64,000 nucleotides of DNA from Balanoglossus misakiensis (Eukaryota > Animalia > Hemichordata), in contig CM082588.2 of NCBI GenBank assembly GCA_040954595.2, positions 1,665,935 to 1,729,934 of the forward strand, given 5' to 3'. Each line of letters begins with the position of its first letter. Position 1 is the stretch's first letter. Shown in pieces: positions 37,501 to 52,500 of the stretch. Under the pieces are notes generated by a model, which saw only the letters and a list, made by a program, of their open reading frames with translations, was not told the origin of the DNA and ran no database searches. The translations under genes were made by a program, and so were the position numbers.

Positions 37501-40500
37501 ATTGACAATGACTCATATTCTGAGTGGAAAAAAATCTGATCGACATTGGCTCTGCTCGGATTGGTAAAAAAATGTTCGTTTGACCCCTTTGTGTTTCAGC
37601 TGTGAATAACTTGCATGATATTTTGGACGGATTTATATTTGTGTTTTTCAGGGAGGGTTTTACAAAGACAAAGTTGCTGGTTGTTTCGTTATGCTATGTT
37701 GGTTATTTTTGCCTAAATTAGGTGATGAACTGTATATATCACATTCTGGTTATAATTATGTAACTAAATTTGGTAACTAAAACTCTGCTCACACTGTATA
37801 ATATCTTACAAATATATGATGACATTACTTAGGAATTGTGTGAATATTTCAAGATGTTTAGGCAAGACTCCCAATTGTACACTTTATAAAAATCAGAATG
37901 ATTATGTATAGTTGGAATTCTAATAGAATATCAATACATCCTACTTTTTAAACAGGTCATCACATACCCAGTGTTCCTCATATATGATTATGTCTAAACT
38001 TCCTAGAATAATAATAAAATAAATGAATTTCCTAGAAAGAACCACTCTTTGACAATTTGTTGATACCTACCTGCATGCATGCATGGAAGTTGACCAGGAG
38101 ACATTTCGACAAAACATTGATCATCAGCATGTATGTGGTTGTTGTGTGTTGGAGGTACAGCTCTCAGTGTGGGTGTTAAAAATTCGTAGACCATTTGTAA
38201 ATGACTGTAGGGTTATTAAGATTTACAATCATGCTCCAGGTATTTCCCTGATATTATCTACCCATTCATATTGTAAAATAGTGTAATTACCAAAATGGAC
38301 CGTTGGGGACGGACCGAAGTGGTAGTTACTCACAAATCAGCCATTTTGCATGTCATCATCACAAAATCAATTTAATAATATTTTATTAAGTTTTGAGATT
38401 ATTAAACTGTTGGTTTGAATCCTTCAATTGCTAATTTAATAACAAATTTGTCATATCAGGTTATGGTGTTGCTTGTCCTACTCAGATTGCCCTAAAATTT
38501 CCTGGTCATGTCAGAAAACTCCGAGAGGCCCAACTAGGGAAGATCTGAATAAAATGAAGCATTTTCTACTGCATGCATTTTCGTCTTGCGGTCAATAATT
38601 CTGCTTTTAATCTGTAAATTTAGGCATATCTTTTTTGTAAAAAATAAACTCATTATTAAGATGTTTACAGTTAAAATCATAGTAATTTTTTTTTTTTAAT
38701 TTTCATAAAGATTTATTTCTCGAGATACGATTTATTTTCAAAGATGTTGTATGTGAAACCTGCTACTTATGTATATTTTTATCGTCATGGTCAAATACAT
38801 CTAGATTGCAATTAAACCTTGAAATATAAAAACATCAGTGTCATTATAGTCATAAATTTTTCTTATGTATTTGAAATGGATGTTGTCCCAAAGGATTTCG
38901 GCAATTATAGATCAACTATTAATTTTAGACAAGTACAGACATCAGCATTTCAGAAATACATGTGTACTGCTCACAAATGAAATCAATCTTGACATTTGTC
39001 AGTATTAAAACAAAACATAAGAAATTCTATTGCATTTTGCGGCAATGTATCTTATATAGGCTGATATTAAATCATGCTTAATATTAAAGCTACTTGGCTT
39101 TTAGAAAAACTGCTCAGTATTTTACACATGGATTTTACATGTAATTAGGAGATGTGGCTACAATGGGTATCATCATTTAGATACAGGGCCACCATGTGTA
39201 CCTGTCTGTTGTTGATTGGCTGGAGGACAGTAGTACCTTTCAGGTCATTCATTAGTTGAGATAGGGGGTCCCCCCATTGGCTACCATTGAATGGTTTGGC
39301 TGGAGTTGACTACCTATTTGTGTACAAATCAAGGAAGGGGGGGGGGGGGTAATATTGCTTAGAAAGGGATCTGTTTGCCTTCTGTGTTCTAACGTCAAAA
39401 GTAATTAATAAATAGATGTGCCAGGGAGAAACCACAATATAATGTAGCTGTTTATTTGACAAAGTTACTTACTTAAAAAAAATTAAGTCTTTGGTAAATT
39501 GTTGTCAAAATTAGCCCATGGTGTACCTTTTTATTAAATTAAATTATTCATGGATGTGGAAAGGGTTACTAGTAGTTGTTCTTAACCAAAGGTGAGTCAT
39601 AAAATGGGTCACCAGATTTTTATCCGTGTGAAAAAAAAGTGAACTTTGAAATTTAAGATTGAATGACGTGCATTCTTGATCAATACTTTGTTCTGCTTTT
39701 GCGTAAGAGAGATTGATCGTTCGCCAGGTTCCGTGCAATCCATCAATACATCAATACGCCGTACAGACTTATCTGTATGGATTTACAGTATGTGGATGGG
39801 GTGGCTGGATTGCCCAGCATCTCATCCGCTGTGCGAATGGTGTACCTCTGTGTATTGACAAACTTGGTGTGGCTAAAATGGTAATAATCATGAAATCTGG
39901 CTGGGCATTGGACAATGGTTTACTGTTGTAAGACGTAATGATATCTCTAAGTAAAAAAACTTTGCACTTGGATGTAAAACGGAGAATTAAATAACTATGG
40001 CCAATTGAAAGAAGTGTAAGTCCTTGACAGAGGTTGAATATGTCAGACATTTTGACCCAGTGGAAAAATATGAACTCAAATTTTGATTAAAATTATTGTG
40101 AAATTCTGATTCTGTATTCAAATCATTCATGCAATGACAAAATGTTGATAGACACTTGTCAAATTCTAGTGAATCATATCAGGTCATGAACTTTGTGAAG
40201 CCCCTGAATAGCCAAGCTGTTAACACATACATGACTGTAGTGTGCTTGTATGAATGTATAAAATATTCTCACAACTGTTACATACTTTGAATGCTATACT
40301 TTAGGCAGAATTTTACTTCAGAAAAGTGACAGTGTACTAATTAATAGCAATTGCATGAAGTGCTCTTATAAACCCAATTTGTTATTTCGATATTTCCAGC
40401 ACATCCTGGGTTTATGTTCCTAGTAAAATAAAAATTAATGCATTTGATGTTTCATTGGATATCTCACTGAAACTGCACTGTTCTTTGTTTGTGATGACAT

Positions 40501-43500
40501 GACCAACATATTTCAATTAATTGTAGAAAACATTAGGTAATTTCAAATTCTAACTGCGTTGAAATAGCGCCCCCACGGCTGCACAGTAGAATGACAAGCT
40601 ATTAGTTTAACACAATAAGATGTGGCTCTGTTAGCAGAAAATTTAGTATTTGTAAAATGAATCTCAAAGGATCAATTTATCATTAATTTCATGTTAATAT
40701 CACTGATCATGAATATTATGTTTAAATCAATGGCCAAAGAAGACGAGATAGTCTGTAGTTTTTCGCAATTTGTCAGTTGAGTCCTAATGTGAAAAAAAAA
40801 CTCTCTAGAATGTGGGTCATGTACATGCATAGAATGTTACCTCTCTTGAGATGCTTGTTCAGTTTAATGGACTTGTATCAATACAAATGGACAAGTTTGG
40901 TTGCTTTACCCATGTCAATACAATGTCCAAGATTTTAATTATTAATGGTTATTATTGTACTCTGTATGAAGTGAACGTAAAAGTTGCTTTCAATCGCAGT
41001 AACTACAAGGGGCTCTAGGTAGGTACTGACCTTGTGTTAGTATTATGCATACTATTTTTCATTTTCTAAAAGCCATCCAATTTTCAATCTTACTGGTTCA
41101 AAGTCTATTGACAGTCTCTCTCAGTGACCTGAAATGTAAGAAACTAGAAGTTGAGGATGATTAAAAAACTTCTTCAACTATGGAACATTTTTATCATTTT
41201 CAGTACGTGAAGAGTTACAAATTATTGCCGGAAAAAATACACTGCTGTTTTTGAGGGAACTGACTTTGAAACATGATGAATACAGATGTGTTTTCACTAG
41301 AGATTGGGTGGTCCTTCTGAAACCATTTAAAAATTCCCTGAGACAGAATCACTGTCTAACAACCAATTGAAATAATGTGTCTGTTGTCATGGTTACAAAA
41401 GGATGACATCTGTCGAATTTATGAAATTATTTCCAGTGTATTGTAAGTAACCTCATTTCTTCTGGCTGATAATTTTCTCCTATTGATCAGACAGTACTTC
41501 AGAGATGTTCCTACGCACGGTTTTGATTCAATCATTCCTTTACCAGTTAGTCCAGGTGTTTCACAAACTCTCGAGTGTAAAATGATGTTTGATCATGTTT
41601 TTCTCTTTTCTTCTCATCCCCCAAAAGCATCATAATGTCTAAATATAATCCGTTTCACCAGAACGACATTAAAAGCACATTGAACTTGTTATGAGAGTAA
41701 GTTCTTTTATTTTAATACTCTTTCAAAGGGATGGAATTGATTCCTATTCTCTCTCCGTAGCAGTACTAAGCGTTAAGAATCAAGGTACGTTGAATATTTG
41801 AAGACACATCATTCCAAATGAGATAGTCAAGGTCTGTTGCACATGGATCTCTATAGAGTGGATTGACATGTAAGACCCTAAGAATCTTGACATCCAACCT
41901 GATGAGGCATCTAAATATGGACTACATCCTCTATATCATCTATTTATAGAAAAAGTAAAACAGTACAGATTACTGAATTTCTGTCTGACATTTCGTTTGA
42001 AACAGGAAAGTGACCTGTGTGCACTTATCATAAAGGTTTGATTGTGGTTGTAATATGCAAATATTTTGAGAGTGAACATCAAGTACTTGTATATAGATTC
42101 CGCAAAATCCAGTAGTTGCCTACTTTACATGTATACATGTACCATTATAATGGAACCATTGTTGACGTCCCTTGTTTTTGAAGCACAGTAAATATTGGCT
42201 AACCTAGGGCAAGCTATAATAAGATTCAGTCATCTGCACTTTGTGTTCATGCTCATCTGATCCATCAAACAGAAGCAGCGTCCATTTTGCAGCTATTTTA
42301 CATGCATAGTTATTATGCATAATTATTTTCTTTTTTACATGAACAAGAGTGTAAGCTTTTGTTTTAATTTTATTGAAGAAGAAGGTATATTGAGATCATT
42401 GAGAGTAACCAAGGATCTAGTATTTAAACACAGTTTAGAATGAAAATGCCGTGGGTGAAAGAGACATTATCATAAACCAGTGCTGTCCACCTGTCACTGT
42501 CTGTATATGTTGATGTGATAGTCTTGCATGACACGAATAAAACTGGAAAATAGGCTAGGTATTTTGATATTTCTTCCGCTATATTGATGATTAGGACTTG
42601 ATCTAGAGATTATTTTTAATATTGACAATTTGCTGAGTTGAATGCTGTGCCTTATGTGAGGAATTTTTAATTCTGAAATTGTTATGCCATAAAAGTGTCA
42701 CTGAAAATCATAAACTAAAACATGGATGTCAAAAGTATCAAATCACAATTTGATGATAAAATCCACCTTCATAAAGTATCTATTGATTTGAAATGCATAG
42801 CTGAGATTTTGTATTGTTAGGTAAATGAATATATTATTTACACAAACATACAAATGCACACAGTATTAATCAATGAAATCAGCTGGATTTCAGTAAATGA
42901 TGATCAATATAATTAAAAAAAGCTTGGTGTAGACCTTGGAACGGTGTCTTGATTATTGCTGTACTATAGGTGTGTTGGAGTGTGCAAACTCCCTGGATGA
43001 GCCCCTTACAGCATTGATTGTATTCGAGCATATTTAAATAGGTGATGTCAAAGTGTGCCAGGTCTTGACGACATTCACTTTACAACCAGAGGTGCGTTTG
43101 CTTCTTCATTTGACACCTTGCATCCATTCAGTCGGACTAAAAATAGAATCTCTCGTGGCTAACTCCATTTCTTTCCGTAAACACTGTTGTCTTTGGTTTA
43201 TTCGGACAATTCCTGGCTGTTTCAAGATTACATATCTGGTCAAGAAGGACTATTACTAACAGCTTCTAACCTTTGCTCTGAAACGATTATACCGGTAAAC
43301 CCATGCCTACTTCAGAATAAATAAATTAATAATCAAATCTTAAATTCTTCAATCAATGTATGTTATTTCTCTTTAATCACCAGATTAAAATTGACTCATT
43401 TTCAAGTCAATCATTTATTTCAGCAGAAATGTCTACTTTCATTGATTACACACATGTACACACACGCACACACATACCGGTACATGCATTTACACTTTCA

Positions 43501-46500
43501 AATGATAGTTGGTAGCCAGGCAGCTCTTGAAATAATTTTTCATTTCACTATTTTTGTGATATTATTGAGAGAAGGAGGAGGAAACCCTGGTACACTGTTC
43601 TGTTAGTACATTTGTGACAAGTGACTAGTTTCCAACCTGCAGTGGTTATCACAGGTTTATTGATTAACTCCATTGGGAACAACAGTGCAATGTATTAATG
43701 CAAATAGCCAGGCAACATCATGTCACAGACTGAACGTGGGCGGATCACGTGTATCCAAGCTGCACATTTGGCTTCCTTAGCTTACTGATATGTCTTATCT
43801 TTTAATGGACCAATTAGATGATACTAGAGCCCTCTATCTTCCTAAGTTTTAGTTATGTGTTGAACAAAACATTGAGAATTGTTTATTCATGATTTCTTCG
43901 TTCACTCATTGATATTGTTGATAAAAAAACCCTGAGTGGTCTCTGTTGATTGTAATTCATACTGAAAGACAAGCTTCTTAAGGTCATTGACTTAAAATTA
44001 AAACTACATGCTCAGTACTGTTTCAGAATGTTGAAAAGGAACACAGAATTTGCATTTCAATTTCATTCCAGCTAGTCACGTTCTCCAAATCCAAAATCTT
44101 CCAAATATTCATATGTCAGTCAGACATGAAAATAATTTTTAACAATAGCAATGTTGATTAATATATGCATGCACTCATATGCTTGGTTGAGAAAGTAAAT
44201 ACTGGGCCATAGCCCATTTAATTGTGCTCCGGGGAGCCAAACCCAAAACCATGGTTACTACATGTACACAGAACAAAAATTTGAAAAAATAGTCGAAATT
44301 ACAGATAGTGGAGCTTTAACAAAAACACTGAATGACACCAGATAAGACTGAATTTTTTTTATCATGAAGTTATGCTGTATTGTTCTAGGTGGGTCATACA
44401 ATAATATCTAGGTTACCAAGGGTCATTGTACTATGCATTTATATGTGTGGGAGTCATTTCCTTGTGAATCAATTAATCCACGCCTCAATAACCTAACCTA
44501 TATAGTCTAATGAATGTTCTTTACTTCTCATTATAGTCGGTGGAAATATCAATTATCAAATTTCATCCAAAGAAACCACATGTTAGGCTGAAACCAACAC
44601 TGTGTATTCACCAATCACAGCACAAACAAGGAGATCATGCATATTTGAATGGGTAATTATTGAATAATTAGTATGCGATTGTCATTTGGGCAATTAAGAG
44701 TGGATTCTCCGCTTCATTAAACTGAACGGAATATGATAGTATAGTTATGTAACATAGAATAATAGATTCTCACACCCCCAAGGACCTGGGATAATATTTC
44801 TCAAACGAGTTGAGGATATTTTGTCTTGCATGAGCAGCAGGTGAGTGTAAGACAAAATATCCCCAACAAGTGTGAGGAATCTCATCACCAGGTCCTTTGT
44901 GTGTGAGATTCTTTGTCTCACTTGACCACAAAATGCTATTGATGTGAAAATAAAAATTCATGTTTATCTTCGGAGAACATATAATTCTTACTTTCAGACT
45001 TTTTAAATCAACCTTTACTACACTGGCAGTTGTCACTGCTCGGAACTCTTGATGTACAGTTATAAAGACCAATCAACGTCATTATTCCAGTCAATGAATT
45101 CATGGATTGTACATCTATGGCAAATGAAGGCTAATGAGATGATGGCCTGATTAATTACAAATTTGTAAATGAGTAGTTGCAATGTATGACTCTAGTGAAC
45201 CACACGGAATCATTTTGTTTGTTCAAAGAGTCAAATGTTGGTTCATCCAAGCTTGAAGCTGTTCAGTGAAAACTAAGCTTATCTGGGTCATGTAGTTTGA
45301 CATTGGCACTCTCATATTAAGCCAAGCATGGGCAGTTTTAATTATTCATCGAGGAAATATTGCAAATGACACACCACCGCAAAGGGTTGTCTTTCATCTG
45401 CTATATTGCGAACCCCACACCAGTGTATATGAATGTCTTCTTGAGAGAATGGTTTGTCTTAAAAATACACATGTATATAAGTAGTGGATTTAGTAATGGG
45501 CACTTAAGATAATAGCATTAGAGCCCTGCAGATGGTGTTAAGTGACAATTCATGTTGTACCACAAAGAAAGAAGAAAGACCACACAATCTTCAGACCGAG
45601 AACGAAATAAAAACTAAATCCGGTTTTACTTTAATGGGACACAGTTACCTAGGGAGTTACCGTCAAAGGTTTAACGTTCAAGTGAATTTTTGTCAGACTC
45701 ATCTCATTGACTGTTTATGTCAGTGATTTTGTGGAATTGGCCAGGCTGTTACTTTCTTTTATAATCCACATAGCAATTAAGTGTTTTAATTAAACCAAAG
45801 GAAAGCACCTTATCACAGTGTGGATATGGTGTTTGTGGCAACAAGACACAGTGACTAAAAGAAGTACATGTATTTGTATTAGAGAATGTATATATAGAGA
45901 GAGTTCATCAAATCCATTAAATAGAAATGAGTGACTTGTGTCATTGCCGCAGCCTTCTTGCTTAAGTAGAATTGGAACTTTTCCAAATGGATATGTTTCT
46001 TCATTTGAGCAGGAAGCACTTTCATCATGGACATGACTCTTTGATTCGAAGCTCTGTAGTTGAGAAAAGGGCTTATAAAGTCATAAATATAGTAATGTTC
46101 ATTGCATTTTTTTACACCGCCTATTAAGTGTTTTTATGTAAATCATGATTTGTTGATTTCTTTCAAATTTCAACATGTCCACAAGTTTATCAACAAGAAT
46201 ACAATACTTTCCTTAATAAGAACGCTTCAGATTTGGTCAACCAGGTGTTGATTGTCATGTGAGGCATGATGAAGATATAGCTGTTCTACAACTTATATTC
46301 CTTGTAAATGAGGTAAGGAAATCATTTTGAAGTTTCAGACCTCAGTCTGTGGTTCTTGCATTCGCATTGTCAGTCTTTTGCTTTCTCTTGATGCTTCGTC
46401 TTGTACAGTTATCTATCTATGTGATGATTTATTCACTTTTGGTGCTATCTGAATTCCACCACAGGGTGCTTTAGTAAGTGTGTGTGCAGATGACAGTCTT

Positions 46501-49500
46501 CATTTGTGGAATTTGAGACAGAAGAGGCCAGCAATACTGCATTCACTCAAGTTTAATAGGGAAAGGTAGGTTGACAGCAGATGATGTACTGTGAAACGGG
46601 CTATTTTCACGACAGGAATTTTTCGCAATATCAAAAGAGGCAACTGTTACGCAAGGATTAATTTTTGCGTTCTCTTATTTCATTTACTGCCTGAAAGTTC
46701 TTAGTTTGATAGAAACATCCAACTGACTTGTATGTTTTGTTTGTCATTTTTTTCAGAATTACCTTTTGCCACTTGCCATTTCAGAGTAAATGGTTGTACA
46801 TAGGAACAGAAAGAGGAAATATTCACGTAGTTAACATAGAGTGCTTCATTCTATCAGGTTACGTTATAAATTGGAATAAAGCTATAGAACTGTAAGTATT
46901 GAAATATTTGTGAAATATGAAATAAAAAAATCTTTAAAATCAGATTTCATTTTAGTTGCTCCATCTGTGAAAGATTATCATAAATGATGTATTTCATAAT
47001 TTCTTATAAGTATGAAATAATTATGAATTATAATTTTGCATTGGCAGATCCAGAAAGACACATCCTGGTCCAGTGGTTCATCTCAGTGATAATCCCCTTG
47101 ATCCTAATAAGGTAATCTTGATGTTTAAATGATATCTACAAGAACCAACCATTGCTGATAATGACATGATTAAATCTTAGTATCACCAGCTGTGTTCAAC
47201 CATTATGCCTGTCTGTTCAGTTCAGAAGGATTTCTGCATTTGTGCATTCAACTAAGTCTGTTCAATTTATTGACTGGCAGTGGCAACATCGGTGCTAGGC
47301 AAAAAGGGTCATTCCGTCTGTAGAATATAGGGTTTATGTGTCATTTTGATCAGTCCATGAACACAGCCATCCCTCCCAATGTCTGTCTCTGCACCATCTC
47401 TTCATCTCCTTTGTAAATGTTATCAATTGTTACAAGACAAAGAAAAGATTCCAATATTTTTTTCGAAACTAATGAATGAAGAGAAAGTAATATGAGCGAA
47501 TTCATTGCTTATTGTGTAATTGATTTTGGAGTTTATTCTGGACCATCCAATGTGCTAAGATAATACTCAAGTTTATGGAGTATAAACACTAATTTCCTGC
47601 AATGTTATAAATAAGAAAATATATAAAGGTAGATTCTAATTAAAATATACAAAGTTAATTCAAGTGAAATACTGTTGTGCAAAGTAAACATTCATGTTTA
47701 TCAAGATAAACACTTAATAGAGTTAAATATCAAAATTTATGAAACAATTGTTAACAATGAACTAAAAATCTTTATTCTATTCTGGGATTCTAATTCAAAA
47801 CTAAAGAATTAAGTTAGAAAGAAGCATCTAAAGAATTTTGAAGTCAAGGCTTTTGTGAACTGATTTCTCATGCGGCCATTTTGTAAAACGCCCAAGCCTG
47901 GAACTACTTTCATCTGCCGTGTTGTTAACACCATCTTTGCCTTATCACACTGGCCATCCAACACTGCTCAGTAACATAGTCCTGTGGAACGTGGCATTCT
48001 TGTGCAGTCCAAGATTTCAATTCATTTGCAAGGTTTTCGAGGCACGATTTTCAGAAAATGACAAAACCCTACAACAAACATAACTCTTTACAATGATTTT
48101 GTCTGGACATGTAATAACACATCAGCCGTCTGTGGAGGGCATATGTTCACCTGTTCTAGGGCTATCAATGGCACATTCAGTTCAGTATATACACGTGTAT
48201 TATCATTTATTTGTCCAGATTGTGTCACCCTGTTAGGTGATTTAAAAAGAACATTTTAACCAAAAAGGAAGAGAATAACATGTCACATTTTAGACTTAAA
48301 AGTCAACAAGAACATAAGGTATTATTTACAATAGTAGTTTCCATAAATTATGATGAATCGAATCAATACACAAGGTACAGGTATAAACTTTAATACTCAG
48401 TTTGATGTAGGTCACTTGTAGGGAATGGTGTTCGTGTATTGACCTGTCAACCATCTGTGTCGGGGCAAACACAGGTTAATTGAGGTGAATGCACAAGTAT
48501 TAGTGTGAGATGTCAGGATTTTTTTCATTAACAGGTGAACAAAAGCACTTTTCATGTGTATATTTTGTGTAGTGTTGTTCTCAGGTTTAGACTGTTTGTT
48601 GGTGAAATTGTCTGACAAGTATTCAGGGAGAACAAATAATTGTATGTTTTCTTTGTGAAAGGTGTGACATGTACCATCTGGTCTGTGTGTCTCTACATTA
48701 GCTGCTCAATGCAATATGGCCTTGAAGTTTTATCTGAGTGTGTAGAGAGATGATTCTAAAACTATTTTTTTATTTGAGTCTCACTGAGGAGGAAATAAAG
48801 AGTGTTAAATTATTGTCAGAAATATAAACAGTAAAGCAAACTACATGGTCAGTGTCTAAAAGTATTTTATTTACATGGCGATCTGAATGTATAGAAATTG
48901 CCGGTGAGCTACCATATGGTGGCTTACATACCAAAACATTAAGGTAATGAATATATTCAGCTATACACGAAAGGATTTGCTGAGTGTCCTAGGTTTGTTT
49001 TTACTTGAAGTTTATTGGATTTGCTCGAAGGGTTTAGGCAGGATAACTTTGAAATGTTAATAGAGTATGGACATGATGGCTTTGGATGAGCAGATAGGTT
49101 GATGATGAGTACATGATTTCCCTGAGAATAAACATGGTCTTGGGAGATGGAACCATAAAGAAATCTTTCCCTCAGTCCAAATCTTATATGATGAGACAGA
49201 TTACAGGTGCTTACAGCAAGTTGAGAGGTTTTTTGATTGGGTGATTTTGAAGTGCTGATGAGGCAGTTCAATATATTCACTTTGAAGCCTACTGACACCA
49301 GCTGTGGTCACATCTGCAATAAATGACCATCTTTCATACTTAATTTCTGCTCTGTATATTTCCATCCAGCTAATTATATTGGCTCTCAATATCACATCAA
49401 ATGATGAAGTTATCAATCATGCTGGTATTAATTGTGTAGTTTTTGGCTTTTTCTGTAATCATTAATCAGTCAATTCCTAATAAATAGATTTACAGTTATC

Positions 49501-52500
49501 AATTTACTATGATTTTGATGAGAGATGTGGTTGATATTTGTGATTTTTCTGCAATGACTAATTGATTGTTTTGGCATTGACTGTACAGCCGGTCAATGTG
49601 AAACCATGTTTCACTGCAACCACCAACCAGGTGGCCAGTATAGACTGGTTCAACTGTATTAATTAATAGTTTAGTTTTACACTATCACATCTCGCAAAAT
49701 GTTTTGCAAAGAACGTCATTATACATGTAGTATTCTTACGTTTATTCTTCTTCTTACAGTTATTAATTGGTTTCGAATCAGGGGCAATAGTATTATGGGA
49801 TTTACGGACCAAAGCTGCAGAGTACAGATACAGTTGTCCAGCCCCTGTCAGGTCAATTGCTTGGAGCTGTGAAGGCAAACAATTTATATGCAGTCAAACA
49901 GATGGGAGCCTGACCCTATGGAACATGAAAAATCCAAATAAGCCATTAAATATTATGTACCCCCATGGTAAGTATAGCAACTCAGATGATCTGTACATCT
50001 GGCATGTTACCAGTAATTCATTTCCTAGATCCTATTGGCCACAATGGCCTGTTGCTCGAGAGATTTAGGTGTGACTTGCAGGGGTGTTTCAAGATTCCTG
50101 TCACGTTGACTGAAACCTCAAGTCAGTAACACTTGTCCATCTCCTTCATTGCAGCAAAGCCCCCCATCATGAAAGGAGCCAGACCGGATCCATGTGCACC
50201 CATCCATAAAGTAGAATGGAAGTCTTGCAAAGGAGCGTAAGTACATTATCCTTCAAGACTACTCCCTACTTATTACCCCCACACTTCCTTACCTCCATAT
50301 TCATCTACCAAATGTATACCTAATGGTGGATAGGAAACAGGGTGCCATCTAAGCTCATAGTGATGCACAATAATTATCCACAATAGATGCATATGAAGTG
50401 GAAAAGTACGCATTGCCATATTTACATCGATTCTTGACTTGTGTGTTGTGATTTACAGGGAGCCATACATCATCTTTTCTGGTGGCTTAACCTATGACAA
50501 GGCAGCCAAGCAGCCAAGTTTGACCATCATGCAGGGTAAGAACACAACAGTGTTGGAAATGGAGCATCCTATTATGGACTTCCTGTGTCTGTGTGAAACA
50601 CCATGGCCAAGTGGTAAGTGTTACTGGGATTAGTGTTCGGAGATGTGACTGTTACACTGTGGTAAATATCAGTGATGTATGCATCCTATCTATAACCTTC
50701 ACTCTGGGTTTCACCCAATGATTGATGGAACAGTCATAACCCATCTATCTCATGAAATGTCTGCTCTGCATGAATAATAAAATTGAAGGCAGTATTGGCA
50801 CTCTGTCTGTAACAGGCGCTCCTTGTTTGTTATTGTAGCGACACAAAAACATAGTTTGCTTTAACAAAGCGAAACCGAAGAGAACAAGACTTTAATCTGG
50901 CAACATGTGCGAATTATGATGTGTCCGATTTATTGTTGCAGATATCCAGGAACCCTATGCTATCATCGTGCTGCTAGAGAATGATATGGTGGTCGTGGAT
51001 CTGCAGTCTCCAGGGTAACCACATCTTTTGTTGGCTGACTCTAAAACCTGTCAATCGAATTTGAAAGCCAGGATTGTTTTGTTGCGTGCTTTTGCAGTGT
51101 TGTTGATCGGAAAGTTCATCCACACCATCTGTTACATTCTGTCTCTTCAGGGAAGTCATATACTCCCTGTGATGCATTTATGTACAGTAACTGTATTTTT
51201 CATAGTGTGTGATTGAGAACAAAACAGTGGAGGAGGAAACTGTGACAGTCTGATGAAAGCAAAACAAGACAGACAGACAGGCACTGATGTGATACTTCTA
51301 TTGATCATGTTTCAGATTTCCGTGCTTTGAGAATCCATACCCTATGGATCTTCATGAGTCGCCTGTCACTTGTGTTCAATATTATGCTGACTGTCCACCA
51401 GATATCATCCCAGCGTTCTACTCTGTGGGATCAAGCAGTCAACAGAAGAAAAGACAAGGCTACAGTAAAAAGGTGGACTGATTACTCATCCAGAAATAAA
51501 ACAGATTCAAATGATAAAATGTGTATAATAAGCATGGCTGTGTCTTTTTTCAGAGCATGAGAAATGCTCCAAAATGACGGAATATTATACAGAATTGTTG
51601 AAGGGTGGAGAATACAGGCAATCATATTTGCCAGTTAAACACCTAGTGTAGATCTCCTATATTGACATTCCATGTGCTTAAAATGCAATCATGGTACATG
51701 TACCTTGTAAAGAATAATTTCTTTTCAAATTTGAACTGTAAGTGAGAGTTTGTATGCATTGCGGCATGTAACATGTGCCACTAGGGTTCCAATAATAAGT
51801 CTAACATCGAACACTTAATAAGACATTAAATCAGCCGAAACTGACTTGATATACCACAGTCCCTGGTGGATGTGAAGCAGAGAGTCCAGTCCCTGATTTG
51901 CTTGCGTGGAACGTAGAACTATAATTGTCATGAGAGTTGACTGTTTGGTTAACTCATAATGGTCAGTGATCAGTGATTTACATGTGTTCTTTGTTCTGAC
52001 TTCAGGAATGGCCGGTGAAAGGTGGTGAATGGGGCAGTGGAGGTAACAGCTATCCAGAAATTATCATTACTGGGTAAGTGAGAGGTTATGAATGAGAAAG
52101 AAAAGAGGTTATGATCTAGCCAAGATGGTGTGAAATGTATGTAACTGGCAGTTTGTCAGATACATTTCTGTGTTAAATGTCACTAAGTTAATATAGATGT
52201 TGGTGGAGGAAAATTTGTTGAAACTCACTAAGTATGCTGGCCACATTCAGCCTAAATCTCTGATGACATGTGAGTGATCCTGTGACTCAGTCAGCATTGA
52301 TGATAAGTTTTTTTGCAGAGCTGTGGTCTTGCTGTAAACCCTGACCCTGGCTAAGCCTGCTTGATTCCTGTAAGAATTCACACAGTATTCCCTGAAGATT
52401 CCAGTTACAAGTTCACTCAGAATTTGGCGTGTAATAACAAGGAGACTATTCAAGAATTATTAATCAGATAACTTTATATACTTTTACAGACATGCAGATG

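Noticed and set aside
29489-39349. Poly-G runs (~29489-29501 and ~39337-39349) as G-quadruplex elements
   Set aside because: Isolated homopolymers, common in such genomes and prone to length error; no supporting context.
29000-46200. Nested protein-coding gene among the 60-106-aa ORFs in the giant tomosyn intron
   Set aside because: No recognisable domains, consistent exon chain or coding-like composition. A nested ncRNA or very divergent gene cannot be excluded by eye.
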